Assembly (NCBI GenBank): GCA_964536805.1
Contig: CAZHYQ010000011.1
Coordinates: 17,305-81,304, forward strand
DNA length: 64,000 nucleotides
Origin: an uncultured Longilinea sp.
GTDB taxonomy: Bacteria > Chloroflexota > Anaerolineae > Anaerolineales > Anaerolineaceae
Reading direction: 5' to 3'
The notes beneath the pieces are model-generated. The model searched no databases. It saw only the letters and a program-made list of their open reading frames with translations, and had not been told where the DNA came from. The position numbers and the translations under genes are program-made. Positions 19,417 to 28,183 of this stretch are shown here, one piece after another (the first letter of the stretch is position 1; each line of letters begins with the position of its first letter).

Positions 19417-19438
19417 CGGAAAAACAGGCCTTAATCAA

Positions 19439-21085
19439 TCAGGGAAGATTCATGAAGTTGCCAAAGTACCTGCGGTAATAATCATAAGATATATCGGAGC
19501 GGTGATTTGGATCGCTGGCATCAGCCTGGGCGGCAAATGAGGCCACCACGTCGTTTGCGTCTAACATTGAACCGTTTTCGAAGGAAACATCGTAGCGCAA
19601 CAGGAATGTCCATTCGGTGAAATCGGAATTGGACGACCAGGAGTCAGCCAGGCCGGTTTTGAGGCTTAATTCCGCCAGGTTAAAGGAGGTGAGCGAGTCG
19701 AACACCAGGCGGCTGATTCGTAAAGTATCCTCCTGGCTGAAATTGACAGGCCAGAGGGCGGCGGGGGCGGAAGATTGCAGAAAATTTAGGCTCTGGTTGG
19801 AGGTGGTCATTTCAGGAAGGTTTTCGCCAAAGGCACCGATAATTACGCTGCCGACCATGGCGCGAAAACCATACACTTCGTTGGCGTAGGCCAGGGGAAC
19901 CAATGGCACTTGCTGCTTGATCCATTGGTTGATATTGTCGAAGCTGGCCTGTAAACTCTTGGGGTCATTGGTGGAGCGGGATGCATTGATCTCGGCGACC
20001 AGGGCCGGATCGGTCTTCCCGATCAAGGGGTTATCGTGGTAGAAGAAGGTTTCAAAAAAGCTGTCCGGATCAGGATAATCCGGTTTGAACGCCGCAAAGA
20101 ATAAGCCCAATTTGCCATCTTTCAGAGCCAGGTTAAAATCGGCTGTACTGAGGGGGTTGAGTCCGACCGTCACCCCGGCATCCTTTAGTTCAAGCGCCAG
20201 TTCCTGGGCTAACTCATTCGGGTTTGTGATCAAACCACTGGGGGTCGCGTCAAATGAAAGGGTGATGGTTTGATTGAAATCAAAGCCGTTCTGCTGCAGA
20301 AGATTGGCGGTTTGCTTCGAGTCGTAATCGTACCAGCGCAGGGTGCTGGTTCGCCCTGAATCAAATGCCAGCGGGATTAGTTGATCGGCGGTAACTGCCG
20401 AGGGACCAAAAAAATCATCCGTGATTTTTTGGCGGTTAAACGCCGAAGCGAAGGCTTGCCGGATGGCAGTGTTATCAAACGGTGCAAGGGTGTTGTTCAA
20501 CCCCACATAGATGGTGCTGACAACCGGCGCTTCGGCTACTTTTAAATAGGTATCCAACCGGATGGAATTTACATCGTCCGGTTGGACGGCACTGATAGCA
20601 TCGATCTGCCTCAGACTCAAGTTGAGCAGCCGTTGATTGGCTTCACTTTGCCATGAAAAGGTTATCGTCCGCTGGCGAACCGGCAAACCCCAATAGTCAG
20701 TTCGTTTTTCAAGCCGCAAGCTGTCAGGGGTAGTTAATGCAATTTTGAATGGCCCGGTACCGTTGGCGGCATTACTTATTTTCTCGATATCTCCCTGTGT
20801 TTCTGAAAGGACTGCTTCATCTTGAATTGAAAAAGCGGCGGCACCGACTTTGGATGGAAAAGTTCTGTCGGGAGAACATAATTGGAATTTTACGGTATTC
20901 TGGTCTTCGGCGCGGATAGCTCGAATCTGGTTTCCTCCGCTGCAATTGGCAGCCTCGACAGATCGAGGAACAAATTCTGTTGATTTGATAATAGATTGCG
21001 CCGATGATCCTTTCTGGCAACCGCTTAGGGCCAGGCTGGATAATAACAAGATGACCAGGATAATATTCCAGGATCGTGATTTCAC
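19439..21085 (-). CDS. Family-5 (DppA/OppA-like) ABC solute-binding lipoprotein, circularly permuted
   Basis: Lipobox LALSG-C. Motifs D..TVKF.L, NGTGPFK, YVGLN..APFDN..IRQA and DYPDPDSF. The usual N-terminal block GLADSW.....EWTF.LR..V.F..G..LDANDV lies at the C-terminus. Confidence 0.9.
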   Translation of the reverse strand: MKSRSWNIILVILLLSSLALSGCQKGSSAQSIIKSTEFVPRSVEAANCSGGNQIRAIRAEDQNTVKFQLCSPDRTFPSKVGAAAFSIQDEAVLSETQGDIEKISNAANGTGPFKIALTTPDSLRLEKRTDYWGLPVRQRTITFSWQSEANQRLLNLSLRQIDAISAVQPDDVNSIRLDTYLKVAEAPVVSTIYVGLNNTLAPFDNTAIRQAFASAFNRQKITDDFFGPSAVTADQLIPLAFDSGRTSTLRWYDYDSKQTANLLQQNGFDFNQTITLSFDATPSGLITNPNELAQELALELKDAGVTVGLNPLSTADFNLALKDGKLGLFFAAFKPDYPDPDSFFETFFYHDNPLIGKTDPALVAEINASRSTNDPKSLQASFDNINQWIKQQVPLVPLAYANEVYGFRAMVGSVIIGAFGENLPEMTTSNQSLNFLQSSAPAALWPVNFSQEDTLRISRLVFDSLTSFNLAELSLKTGLADSWSSNSDFTEWTFLLRYDVSFENGSMLDANDVVASFAAQADASDPNHRSDISYDYYRRYFGNFMNLP

Positions 21086-21426
21086 ATTGACCTTTTCTTA
21101 GATCGCTTCATGAGATGAAGATTCGATGGAGCTCAGCCGTATGCAACCCCATAATGGCTTATGGGATCGATTATACAATCTAGGCGGGTAAAAAATATCC
21201 GGCCGAGGTCAGTTTGCAGATTTGTAGAGTTGCGGTATACTCCGCTCCGATAAGCCTTTGTATCATTGTAATAATCTTCATCTTCAGATATCGAGAATTC
21301 AAACTCAGCTATCTTTCCCAAAGCCATCATCGAGGAAAATGGATTGTGGTGATGACCAGGCGGTTGGGGGTTGGAACAGCCGTCATTTTCGGATGAATGC
21401 AGGTGATAAGTGAAAGACAGAAGAAT

Positions 21427-21969
21427 ATGTTCCATCGATTGATGGCTTTGGATCAACGGATTAGCCAATGGGTAAGACTGCAGCAAAATGGCGGTCCGGC
21501 TTGGAAATTGGCGGTATTCTTCGCCCATTCTGGCGATTCCTGGTTCTGGATGGCCGGCTTGGCAATAATCTGGTTATTCACCCGGGGATCCTGGCATAGG
21601 AATGCCATGCTGCTGGCCATTGGCGTGGCTGTTTTAGCTGTGCTGGTACTTGCGATCAAGTTCAGCATCCGGCGCGAGCGTCCAGAAGGCGAGTGGGGTT
21701 CCATCTACCGCAAAACCGATCCTCATTCGTTTCCATCCGGCCATGCGGCCCGGGCAGCCATGCTGGCTGTAATGGCGCTTGGGTTAGGCCCTGCCTGGTT
21801 TGGTTGGATGGTGTTCACCTGGGCACCTTTGGTCAGCTTGGCCCGCGTTTCCACCGGCGTCCATTATCTGACCGATATCCTGGCTGGGTTGGTGTTTGGC
21901 GCAGCCGCGGGCTTTGGCATGCTTGCGCTGGCACCTGTGCTGGTGAGGTGGTTGCCGTTTCTATTTTAG
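21427..21969 (+). CDS. PAP2-family membrane phosphatase
   Basis: K...RRERP, SFPSGHA and ARV..GVHYLTDILAG (C1-C3 motifs). Start uncertain (21397 or 21427). Confidence 0.9.
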   Translation: MFHRLMALDQRISQWVRLQQNGGPAWKLAVFFAHSGDSWFWMAGLAIIWLFTRGSWHRNAMLLAIGVAVLAVLVLAIKFSIRRERPEGEWGSIYRKTDPHSFPSGHAARAAMLAVMALGLGPAWFGWMVFTWAPLVSLARVSTGVHYLTDILAGLVFGAAAGFGMLALAPVLVRWLPFLF

Positions 21970-22003
21970 GTAAGATCGATCCTGGTTAAAAGCCGGAAGG
22001 CAA

Positions 22004-22038
22004 AATAAAACAGCCCGCTGCCTTTGCAGCGGGCTGTT
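22004..22038 (-). terminator. Intrinsic terminator between the convergent PAP2 and ATP-grasp genes
   Basis: 13-bp stem AACAGCCCGCTGC/GCAGCGGGCTGTT with loop CTTT, and a T-rich tail on the minus strand. Confidence 0.85.
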
Positions 22039-22051
22039 CATTTGGGTCAGG

Positions 22052-23260
22052 TCAGTTCAGCATCATGGTCGCCATGGACGGCAGCATGTGCATCAAGGCA
22101 GGCACGCGGAGAGGTTTTTCCTCTTCCTGGCCGCGCTCGGGCAGCATTCCGTGGCGGGATGCGCCCAAATCAAGGATCTCCAGGATTAAATCGGTGTAGG
22201 AAATGCCCTCAGCGCCGGCAATGACGCACAGGTCGCTAAAATCGGGCGTCAGACCTGGCAGCGTGTTAATTTCCAGCAGGCGCGGGTTTCCCTCGGAATC
22301 TAGGCGAAAATCGACTCGTGACACGTCAAACGCGCCTAGCGCTAAATGAGCACGAATGGCCAGCGATTGCAGCTTTTCAGCCAGGTGCGGTTCCACCATC
22401 GCCGGGCAAAGAAAACCGGGAACGCCGGCTTCGCCAGTGTGAAGGGTTTTGGCTTTGTAGCCGTAGATGCCAGGCGTGACGGAGGAAGCATTGTCGACTT
22501 CCAGAATGGGGAAGCGGTGGAAACCATCCCCGTCATACCATTCCGGGTGGCGGCTGAAGGACGCGGCGTCTGCCCGTCCCATCACTGCCACGGTAAATTC
22601 GCGGCCAGGCAGGAATTCTTCCACCAATGCCGGCTGTTGGTAGCTATCCACCACCCAGGCCACGCGGTGGCGAAGTGCACCTTCATCGTAAACGATCGCA
22701 CCAGAGTCCATGCCCATGCCCGTACCCTCGCGGGCTGGTTTTACGAACATCGGGAAGCGTAGCCCCGGGTTGAGCGGTTCATCCGCACTGGAGAATTCTT
22801 GAAAGGCTGCGGTGGGCAGACCTTGCTCTCGCCAGATCCGTTTGGTCATGGTCTTATCGAGACCAACCGCATTGGCCAGCACACGCGAGGCTGTATAGGG
22901 AATGTGCAGCATTTCAAGCAGCGCGGGCACCTGCGCTTCGCGTCCATCGCCGCAAATACCTTCGGCAATGTTGAAGCAGATGTCGGGGCTAAAATCGCGT
23001 AGTGCGAAGGGTAAATTGGCGTCGGCCGAAAGGAATTTTGTGTAATGGCCGTCTGATTCAATGGCGGTTTGAATCGCCTGGATTGTTTCTTTACGGTCAA
23101 ATTCCGCGCCGGCATCGGCTGGTGCATCCTGGGGCAGCTTGGTTTCCCCCTTCATGTTGGCAATCACTGCTACCCGCCAGGCGCGAACCGGTCGCGGAGG
23201 CATACTGGGGGGTTTGTCTTCTCCAGGAGGCTCTGTTTCAAGAATATCGATTTCTTCCAT
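22052..23260 (-). CDS. D-Ala-D-Ala ligase-like ATP-grasp enzyme
   Basis: FNIAEG..G..RE.QVPALLE, LDKTMTK, FVKP.REGTGMG, LVEEFLPGREFTV, RVDFRLD and LEINTLPGL motifs. Confidence 0.85.
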   Translation of the reverse strand: MEEIDILETEPPGEDKPPSMPPRPVRAWRVAVIANMKGETKLPQDAPADAGAEFDRKETIQAIQTAIESDGHYTKFLSADANLPFALRDFSPDICFNIAEGICGDGREAQVPALLEMLHIPYTASRVLANAVGLDKTMTKRIWREQGLPTAAFQEFSSADEPLNPGLRFPMFVKPAREGTGMGMDSGAIVYDEGALRHRVAWVVDSYQQPALVEEFLPGREFTVAVMGRADAASFSRHPEWYDGDGFHRFPILEVDNASSVTPGIYGYKAKTLHTGEAGVPGFLCPAMVEPHLAEKLQSLAIRAHLALGAFDVSRVDFRLDSEGNPRLLEINTLPGLTPDFSDLCVIAGAEGISYTDLILEILDLGASRHGMLPERGQEEEKPLRVPALMHMLPSMATMMLN

Positions 23261-23286
23261 TTTTCAACCTTTTTAATCGGTGTCTG

Positions 23287-23342
23287 GTTGTCCAATTTTG
23301 GACAACAGCATCGTAGTATAGTCCGTTTTTTTTAGAATGCAA
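23287..23342 (-). promoter_or_regulatory. sigma70-type promoter of the ATP-grasp gene with a downstream 20-bp palindrome
   Basis: TTGCAT (23342-23337), 16-bp spacer, TATACT (23320-23315). Palindrome GTTGTCCAA-TT-TTGGACAAC at 23287-23306. Confidence 0.6.
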
Positions 23343-23518
23343 GAGGTGATTTTTGTTTTTGTCAATATTGTTAATCATTAAAGTTCGCAACCTTGTGCGG
23401 AGAAGCAGGTTTATTGATGGAGGATGGGAAAGTTTATACCAGGCAAAACAAGAGGAGGTCATTATGGTCTTGCCAGTCACGGAAAAATGGCTATGATTAA
23501 GATAATCATTAGAGAAGG

Positions 23519-23788
23519 ATGGTCTATATGAGAATGCCTTATCTGCCTCCCATTCCTTTTATGCCAGCCACGATGCCAGTTTGGCTGTCCTATATTTTGG
23601 TGTTTGCCGCGGTTACCGCCGTGGTTTTGGTGATCATATTAATTCTTTTCAAATTTGCCACCAGCGCATCCGGCGCCATTCTGTCGATTGCCCTGATCGT
23701 CCTGTTCCTTGCGGCGGTCTATTTGTTGATTGTCAATTCCGGCTCCATTACCAATTTTATCCGGCAGATATTTGGACCAATCCTGTAA
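23519..23788 (+). CDS. Small membrane protein (2-3 TM), function unknown
   Basis: 89 aa with two long hydrophobic helices, AGAAGG upstream; fills an otherwise empty interval. Confidence 0.6.
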   Translation: MVYMRMPYLPPIPFMPATMPVWLSYILVFAAVTAVVLVIILILFKFATSASGAILSIALIVLFLAAVYLLIVNSGSITNFIRQIFGPIL

Positions 23789-23829
23789 GCGGATGATGCC
23801 CGTCTAACCATCCTGTAGAATCTTTTTAC

Positions 23830-23858
23830 TTTACAATCCTTATTGGCTGGGTTATCCT
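23830..23858 (+). promoter_or_regulatory. sigma70-type promoter of selC
   Basis: TTTACA (23830-35), 17-bp spacer, TATCCT (23853-58), ending 7 nt before the tRNA 5' end. Confidence 0.65.
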
Positions 23859-23865
23859 TACTGGC

Positions 23866-23961
23866 GGGAGTGGATGAGTTCCGGTGGGCTCCCCGGTCTT
23901 CAAAACCGGTGACGGGTCGCGTTGCGGGCCGTGGTGGGTTCGACTCCCATCCATTCCTGCC
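23866..23961 (+). tRNA. selC: tRNA-Sec (anticodon UCA)
   Basis: Manual fold: 8-bp acceptor GGGAGTGG/CCATTCCT; 6-bp D stem GAGTTC/GGGCTC with loop CGGT; anticodon loop CTTCAAA; long variable arm; 5-bp T stem with TTCGACT loop; discriminator G at 23959. Confidence 0.95.
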
Positions 23962-24017
23962 TGATGATTAATGGTGTGGCATGCACGTATTCGGCGAAAA
24001 TGGCAATAGGAGAACTT

Positions 24018-25235
24018 ATGAGTACACCACCTGAGGTGGATAATTCCGTTCTGGATGCGCTGGTGCGGCGCATTTTTATTATCGATGACATAACCATTGG
24101 CCGCGGCGATCAGGATTATGTGGTGCGTTATCACGGCCATTTGCTCAATTCAGATTCGGCAGCGGCCTATGATCAACTGGCTGAAACGGTAAAAAGCTAC
24201 AAATTAACCCCGCTTTTTCGTTGGGACGGCGACCGGCAGGCTGTTTACCTGGTTCGCGGCGTTCCGCGCATTAATACCGGCAGCCCGGTCATCAACCTGA
24301 TCTTCTTCATCCTCACATTGATCAGCGTCATCTACACGGGTGGTGTGTTGGGGATGACGGAAGCATTGCCCAAGGAGCCCCTCTTACAGGTCCTGGCAAT
24401 ATTTAAAGCAGGTTGGCCGTTCGCAATCAGCATGATTGCCATCCTGGCGGCACATGAATTTGGCCATTACTTCGCGGCGCGGCTGCATGGTATTCATGTC
24501 AGCCTGCCGTATTTTCTGCCGCTGCACTGGCCGATCAGTCCATTTGGCACCCTGGGCGCTTTTATCAACATGACACAGCTGCCGCGCAACCGCCGCCAGT
24601 TGTTGGATATCGCCATCGCCGGGCCTTTAGCCGGCATCATTGTGGCTATTCCCGTCCTGCTCATCGGATTATCGCTCTCGCATATCAACGCGCTACCCAC
24701 ACAGCCGTCCGCGAATGCAGCGGTGGGCAATATGATGGAAGGCAATTCCATCCTGTACCTGTTGATAAAATATTTGCGATTCGGTCAATTGTTGCCAGCA
24801 CCCGCTACTTATGGCGATGTAACGCCGATGGTTTACTGGCTGCGGTATTTCTTCACCGCCCGGCCGCTGCCTTACGGGGGTCTGGATGTGACGGTACACC
24901 CGGTTGCCTGGGCGGGCTGGGGCGGTTTGTTGGTGACCGCCATGAACCTCATCCCGGCCGGCCAGCTGGACGGCGGTCACCTGCTTTATGTGCTATTCGG
25001 CCAAAAAACGGCCCGGCGCATTCTGCCTTTCATCCTGGTATTCCTGGGCATCCTGGGATTCTTCTGGAACGGCTGGTGGTTGTGGGCTGTGCTCATTTTC
25101 TTCCTGGTGGGCCGTTCTTATGCTGAACCCCTGGACCAGATCACAACCCTGGACAGCCGCCGCAAATGGCTGGCCGCAATGGGATTGATTGTGTTCATCC
25201 TGGTCTTCACGCCCGTTCCGCTGTACCTGATGTAA
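24018..25235 (+). CDS. Site-2 intramembrane metalloprotease (M50 family)
   Basis: AGGAGA RBS then ATG 24018. Motifs HEFGH, AGPLAG and NLIPAGQLDGGH. Confidence 0.92.
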   Translation: MSTPPEVDNSVLDALVRRIFIIDDITIGRGDQDYVVRYHGHLLNSDSAAAYDQLAETVKSYKLTPLFRWDGDRQAVYLVRGVPRINTGSPVINLIFFILTLISVIYTGGVLGMTEALPKEPLLQVLAIFKAGWPFAISMIAILAAHEFGHYFAARLHGIHVSLPYFLPLHWPISPFGTLGAFINMTQLPRNRRQLLDIAIAGPLAGIIVAIPVLLIGLSLSHINALPTQPSANAAVGNMMEGNSILYLLIKYLRFGQLLPAPATYGDVTPMVYWLRYFFTARPLPYGGLDVTVHPVAWAGWGGLLVTAMNLIPAGQLDGGHLLYVLFGQKTARRILPFILVFLGILGFFWNGWWLWAVLIFFLVGRSYAEPLDQITTLDSRRKWLAAMGLIVFILVFTPVPLYLM

Positions 25236-25272
25236 ACACATATTGGTGTTTGAGCTCCGGATCAGATCTGGC

Positions 25273-26379
25273 CTAACAATTCATTGTTGCAATTGGACGG
25301 CCGTCCAGGGTCAGGTAGCGCTTAAGCGCGGATACGGCCAGACAAGAATGCGCAGGCAGGATGACAAGCAGCCCGCCGACCTGGATCTGGCCCAGCCATG
25401 CTTGGGGAATATGAATCAATCCATGCTCCTGTGACAGCGAGCTGACATAGGCACCTCGCAAAGGTTCGCTCCAACCTGTAGGCGTCGGAAGCGCAACCAG
25501 GCCATAGGCACGCTCTCCCTGGTAACTGGTGAAGTCCTTATTCAGGTGGATGGCGCCGCCGTAAACGATGACTGTCTCCCGCTCAGGATGGATTGCCACA
25601 ACCGGGCAAGCTATCCCAACGGCAATCTGGTCAGCCAGGCATGTATTCCATAAATATTGTTCGGCATCATAAAAGATGAAGTTCCCTGGCCGGATTTCAT
25701 CCACGCCTTTAAGATCCTCCACCAAGGTGCAGGCAGGCGTGTCGCCAACAGAAATTTCCAATGCTGTCTGCGAGGCTGGTTGTACAAAGGCGCGAACCAA
25801 TGCCAGTCTTTGCCGGGTTTCCTCATAAATCCGGTTGACTTCCTCCCGCGACCCGGCACCGTAAGTGTGCCCGGCATGCGTTAACAGTCCGCGTACGGTA
25901 AGCCATGGCGCTGATTTCAGACTGTCAAGGATTGGGAAAATCTTTTCAGGACTATTAAAAGGAATACCAGTCCGTCCGGAACCGACGTCCATTTTGATCC
26001 AGATATCCGCGGAAGCTTTCAACCGTTGTGCCAGAAATGACGCGCTTTGGGCTGATTCGACCAGCAAACCCAGATGGATCTGTTGCGCCAGTGCGTTCAA
26101 TCTGTCGATTTGGCGGAGATTGACCGGAAAGGCGATGGTGATATCATCCCACCCCTGGCTGGCGAAGTACTCGGCCATGTCGACCGATGAAACCGTGATG
26201 GCGGTCACGCCGTAAGGCCGGAACCATGTGCCGATTTCTGCGGATTGGTGGGTCTTAAAATGCGGTCTGAAACGCACGCCATTCCGGGCAGCTTTTTCGG
26301 CCATGAACGAGATATTTGCACGCGCGCGGGTTTCGTCCAGCAGCAAGACCGGTTGCTCGATCGAGTCATACATCGTCAT
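25273..26379 (-). CDS. Fold-type III PLP enzyme (D-threonine aldolase / D-serine dehydratase, DSD1-like)
   Basis: FRPHFKTHQS (PLP Lys), LLTHAGH, ISVGDTP, EIRPGNFIFYD, SQEHG and ILPAHSC motifs. Start placed after GGAGG. Confidence 0.88.
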   Translation of the reverse strand: MTMYDSIEQPVLLLDETRARANISFMAEKAARNGVRFRPHFKTHQSAEIGTWFRPYGVTAITVSSVDMAEYFASQGWDDITIAFPVNLRQIDRLNALAQQIHLGLLVESAQSASFLAQRLKASADIWIKMDVGSGRTGIPFNSPEKIFPILDSLKSAPWLTVRGLLTHAGHTYGAGSREEVNRIYEETRQRLALVRAFVQPASQTALEISVGDTPACTLVEDLKGVDEIRPGNFIFYDAEQYLWNTCLADQIAVGIACPVVAIHPERETVIVYGGAIHLNKDFTSYQGERAYGLVALPTPTGWSEPLRGAYVSSLSQEHGLIHIPQAWLGQIQVGGLLVILPAHSCLAVSALKRYLTLDGRPIATMNC

Positions 26380-26449
26380 GCTTGCCTCCATAGGGATAGC
26401 ACCATTTTACCTGACATCCTCTATGACGGCTGTTGTGTATAATAATCAC

Positions 26450-28183
26450 ATGAATAATGAAGAAATTGCCGCTATTTTTGATCGCATCGCCGATCTATCA
26501 GAAATCAAGGGCGAAATCATCTATAAAACGCTGGCCTACCGCCGGGCGGCGGAGAACATCCGCAACCTGGGCGCCGATGTTGAAGCTGTACATCACGAAG
26601 GCAAACTGCTAGAAATTCCGGGGGTTGGCAAAGCCATTGCCGAAAAGATCGATGAATTGCTGACCACCGGCAAGCTTGAGTTTCTGGAAAAATTGGAGCG
26701 GGAAGTACCCCCGACCCTGGTTGATTTGCTGCAAGTGCCGGACGTCGGACCCAAAAAAGCTGCCATGTTTTGGAAGCAAGGCGGGATCACCTCCCTAGCC
26801 GACCTGGAAACGGCCGCCCGGGCTGGCAAATTGCGCGGGTTACCCGGCATGGGCGAGAAATCCGAAACGCGCATATTGGCGGGTCTGGAAGCTTTGGGGC
26901 GGCGGAGCAAACGCTTGCCGCTGGGGGTGGCCTTGCCCATTGCGCTGCGTTGGGTAGATTGGCTGCGTAAATTGCCCGGGATCGAGCAGGTGGAAGCCGC
27001 CGGCAGTTTGCGCAGGCGAAAAATCACAATCGGAGACCTGGATTTTGTCGCGGCTGCCCGCGATACGCAGCCCATCATGGAAGCATTTATCCATCACCCC
27101 GAAGTACAACGCATTGTCGGCCAGGGGGAAAACAAATCCAGCATCGAAACAACAGGCGGGATTAATATGCAGCTCTGGATCCAACCCCCCGAGCGCTTCG
27201 GCACCTTGCTGCAGTTCGTCACGGGGTCCAAAGAGCATAATGTAAGGCTGCGCGAATTGGCTCAAAAAAAGGGTCTTTCACTGTCGGAACAGTCCATTAG
27301 CAGCGAGGATGGCAGCGAAAGGTTCTTTGCCGACGAAAATGGCGTATATGCAGCCTTGGGGCTTCCCTGGATACCGCCTGAAATGCGCGAGGACCGCGGC
27401 GAAATCGCGGCTGCCCTGGCTGGCAAGCTGCCGCACCTTTTGAAACGATCGGACCTGGTTGCCGACCTGCATGTCCATTCAACCTGGAGCGACGGCGCAG
27501 CCACCATTGCCGAAATGGCGGCCGCTGCCCGCGATCGGGGTTTGAAGGTATTGGCGATCAGCGATCATTCCGGCAGCCTGGGGGTGGCAGGGGGCATGTC
27601 GGTGGAAAAACTGCACGAGCGCCGGGCGGAGATTGCCAGCGTGCAGGAGAAAATGGGCAATTCCTTGCGGCTGCTGCAGGGAGCCGAGGTTGAAATTCAC
27701 GCCGACGGCAGCCTGGATTATTCCGACGATGTGCTGGCTGAATTGGATGTGGTCGTGGCATCGCTGCATTCAAGCCTACGCCAACCACGCGAACAAATCA
27801 CCGAACGTCTGTTACGGGCCATGCGAAATCCGCATGTGGATATCATCGGGCATCCTTCCGGTCGGCTGCTGCCAAACCGTGAAGGGGCTGATCTGGATTG
27901 GGACCAGGTATTGGGTACAGCAAAGGAAACGGGTGTTGCATTGGAAATCAATGCCCATCCCTCCCGCCTCGATCTGGATGAGGTGTATTCGAGGCGGGCG
28001 GCTGAAATGGGCATTCTGCTCAGCCTAAATACGGATGCGCACGCCCCCGACCAGTTGGACCTGATTGAATATGGCATCAGTGCAACCCGGCGCGCCTGGT
28101 TGGAACCGGATCAGATTATCAATGCCTGGCCGGTGGAACAATTATTGGCGTGGTTGGAAAAACGGGGAAATCATCGCGATTAA
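26450..28183 (+). CDS. polX: DNA polymerase X / PHP 3'-5' exonuclease
   Basis: HhH motifs IPGVGK, VPDVGPKK and LPGMGEK; GSLRR..TIGDLD; FVTGSKEHN; PHP motifs DLHVHS.WSDG, SDH, GHPSGR and NTDAH. Confidence 0.95.
   Translation: MNNEEIAAIFDRIADLSEIKGEIIYKTLAYRRAAENIRNLGADVEAVHHEGKLLEIPGVGKAIAEKIDELLTTGKLEFLEKLEREVPPTLVDLLQVPDVGPKKAAMFWKQGGITSLADLETAARAGKLRGLPGMGEKSETRILAGLEALGRRSKRLPLGVALPIALRWVDWLRKLPGIEQVEAAGSLRRRKITIGDLDFVAAARDTQPIMEAFIHHPEVQRIVGQGENKSSIETTGGINMQLWIQPPERFGTLLQFVTGSKEHNVRLRELAQKKGLSLSEQSISSEDGSERFFADENGVYAALGLPWIPPEMREDRGEIAAALAGKLPHLLKRSDLVADLHVHSTWSDGAATIAEMAAAARDRGLKVLAISDHSGSLGVAGGMSVEKLHERRAEIASVQEKMGNSLRLLQGAEVEIHADGSLDYSDDVLAELDVVVASLHSSLRQPREQITERLLRAMRNPHVDIIGHPSGRLLPNREGADLDWDQVLGTAKETGVALEINAHPSRLDLDEVYSRRAAEMGILLSLNTDAHAPDQLDLIEYGISATRRAWLEPDQIINAWPVEQLLAWLEKRGNHRD

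Noticed and set aside
21133-21528. ORFs 21133..21528 (-) and 21214..21396 (+)
   Set aside because: No RBS or recognisable motifs, and they overlap the divergent promoter region and the PAP2 gene; treated as unsupported.
23962-24017. Prophage or island attachment site at selC
   Set aside because: No integrase, no duplicated tRNA 3' end, and no composition shift downstream.
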